This document shows positions 62,195 through 64,000 of a stretch of 64,000 nt of DNA, one piece after another. Position numbers and translations under genes: made by a program. The notes beneath the pieces are model-generated. The model searched no databases, had not been told where the DNA came from, and worked only from the letters and a program-made list of their open reading frames with translations. Position 1 is the first letter of the stretch; the number at the start of each line of letters is the position of its first letter. Source of the DNA: Laetmonice hystrix (Eukaryota); the NCBI GenBank assembly GCA_965235115.1, contig OZ249436.1, forward strand, positions 27,840,001 to 27,904,000, written 5' to 3'.

Positions 62195-62730
62195 TGCCGA
62201 CGACTACACGACAGGCTACATGCCAAGCAATGCCATGGTCAGTTTCGACGGGATTGTATTCTGGTCGCCGCCCGCCCGACTTCGCAGCTCCTGCAAGGTG
62301 GACATCACATTCTTCCCGTTCGATGAACAACACTGCACCATGAAGTTTGGCTCGTGGACGTACGACCAGGCCCAGGTGGATATCATCAACAGGTCGGCGG
62401 AAGTAGACATGTCTAACTACATCACCAACGGCGAGTGGGCTCTGGTCCGCTCGAAAATCGTGCGCAACGAAGTGATTTACCCGATCGGGGACGCCATCTA
62501 TCCGGACGTTACCATCACCTTCATCATCCACAGGAGGATTTTATACTACATTCTCAATATTTTGTGCCCATGCATCTGGCTCAATATCCTGAGTCTGCTG
62601 GCCTTCTGTCTGCCACCAGACGCGGGAGAGAAGATCACGCTTGGAATCACCGTGCTCTTGTCGTACTCGGTGTTCATGCTGCTAGTCGCTGAGAACATGC
62701 CGCCCACCTCCGAGTTCGTGCCTCTCATAG
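62195..62730 (+). CDS. nAChR subunit coding exon 5 (Cys-loop, loops B/C, TM1, TM2); gene continues beyond the window
   Basis: Polypyrimidine tract + CTAG acceptor. Translates ADDYTTGYMPSNAMVSFDG..., Cys-loop CKVDITFFPFDEQHC, FGSWTY, TM1 YYILNILCPCIWL and TM2 [43 protein letters not shown] donor. No TM3/TM4 exon was found before 64000. Confidence 0.97.
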
Positions 62731-62883
62731 GTGAGCACCCCAACCTCAAGTCTCTCATCATATCACGTCATAGTTAAAGAAAAACGCCCCTTTCACATTA
62801 TTGTATAGAGAGCTGCGTTCATATTCGCCGCCATTTTGCCGCGCGGCATCGCGTCACCAGAGCGACGTGGTTACCGTGTTTAA

Positions 62884-63452
62884 AGTGGTACCCCAAATTC
62901 CTTACTTACCTTTGAATCCCAGTGACACCATGTTAAAATTTCAGGTTCGAGCGATGAGCGAAAGTATTTTTAAAAATGGAATGAGAAAATATGCATCCGC
63001 TGTCCTCCAGGGGTCCGTTCCACTAAGCCCGAAAGACCTCTTTGAAATGGTCGCTGAGCCCAAAGAGGTCTTTGCGGCGACGGCTGTTCCACTAAGATCC
63101 TATTCTTTAACATTGGCGCCGCAAAGACGTCTTTCCAAAGACGTCTTTGCCAAAGACGTCTTTCGTTAGTGGAACGGACCCCTGGCAGGGGTCCGTTCCA
63201 CTAACGAAAGACGTCTTTGCTTCCACGCCGATTCCCTTGCCATATTTGGACATAATCTATGATCTATAAATAGATTACCGCTAGCATCCAGCCCGCGCTG
63301 GCTTCAGAAAATAGCGGACGGACCGAACGGTAACTCGGGGCCCTAACATAACTCCATTTTTCAAATATTTTCGCTTCTCACTCGAACCTGAAATTTTAAC
63401 ATGGTCTCACTGGGGTTCAAAGGTAGGTATTTGAAGAATTTGGGATGTCACT
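62884..63452. mobile_element. TTAA-flanked non-autonomous DNA transposon (Kolobok-like) in an nAChR intron
   Basis: TTAA|AGTGGTACCCCAAATTC...CCATGTTAAAATTTCAGGTTCGAG is mirrored by CTCGAACCTGAAATTTTAACATGG...GAATTTGGGATGTCACT|TTAA (~95 bp imperfect TIR). Confidence 0.8.
63008..63220. mobile_element. PIF/Harbinger-like MITE plus an adjacent partial copy, nested in the TTAA element
   Basis: CAGGGGTCCGTTCCACTAA ... TTAGTGGAACGGACCCCTG, with internal palindromic repeats CAAAGACGTCTTTG. A second end starts at 63186. Confidence 0.75.
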
Positions 63453-64000
63453 TTAAGCCTTTGGTAAAGGTCTTGATCCACTTGGATTATTTTTACTGCT
63501 TGATTTAAAGGATGGAAACGTTAATTTCAAAGATGGAAGCCATTTTCGGAATCGGGGTTAGTGTGTTGTAAAGATTGTCTTGCTGGTTTTCATCCTTGGC
63601 AGGGAAATGGAAAGGAAAATCGATTAAGTGGATCACGGTCTTTCGTTATTTACAATGGCGAAGGGAGCGGCAGAATTGCACGGACTAGCATAATTCTCAT
63701 CCTAAACTTTATTTAATATTATAACGGCCGATAGATTTTTAGAACATTTATCATATATTTTTGGGTTATATTTCTTACCATTACCACCTACCTCAAAAAT
63801 GACAACTACTTACTTATATTAACCATCAGAACTTTTTTTAAGAACATTTTTTCGGCCTTAAAGGCTGCTATACATTAAACATCCGATTAACCGATCTCAC
63901 AGTAAATGACCCAGGTTATGGATCACTCTATAAGACGAAGAAGTTGATTCTATGGCGAAGAAATTGCATCTCCGTCCCTTTTAGTGGATACGTCTGCAAA

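Noticed and set aside
62073..62761. Antisense and alternate-frame ORFs over the large nAChR exon
   Set aside because: Shadow ORFs caused by the GC-rich codon usage of the real exon.

Overview
This is eukaryotic, intron-rich, repeat-rich genomic DNA, not prokaryotic. An invertebrate, probably lophotrochozoan, origin is inferred from the SINE types and the receptor sequence. Two protein-coding genes can be reconstructed by hand on the + strand. (1) A two-coding-exon EamA/DMT (SLC35G-like) transporter, CDS 33905-34029 + 34247-35189, 355 aa. (2) The 5' five coding exons of a Cys-loop nicotinic acetylcholine receptor subunit (47694-62730), which continues past the window end. It has an alpha9/10-like exon layout and a cation-type GEK pore, but lacks the loop-C vicinal cysteines. 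The rest is non-coding: tRNA-derived SINEs, many non-autonomous DNA transposons/MITEs (TA, TTAA, CWG and 4-bp target sites), a ~3.3 kb Helentron/HINE-like compound insertion with an apparent empty-site copy nearby, candidate solo LTRs, four minisatellites (one amplified from inside a SINE), several long hairpins and microsatellites. Most ORFs in the supplied track are spurious. I found no convincing novel multi-gene system. The best leads are the atypical receptor subunit and several transposon/repeat architectures. All alignments were done by eye and no database searches were run.
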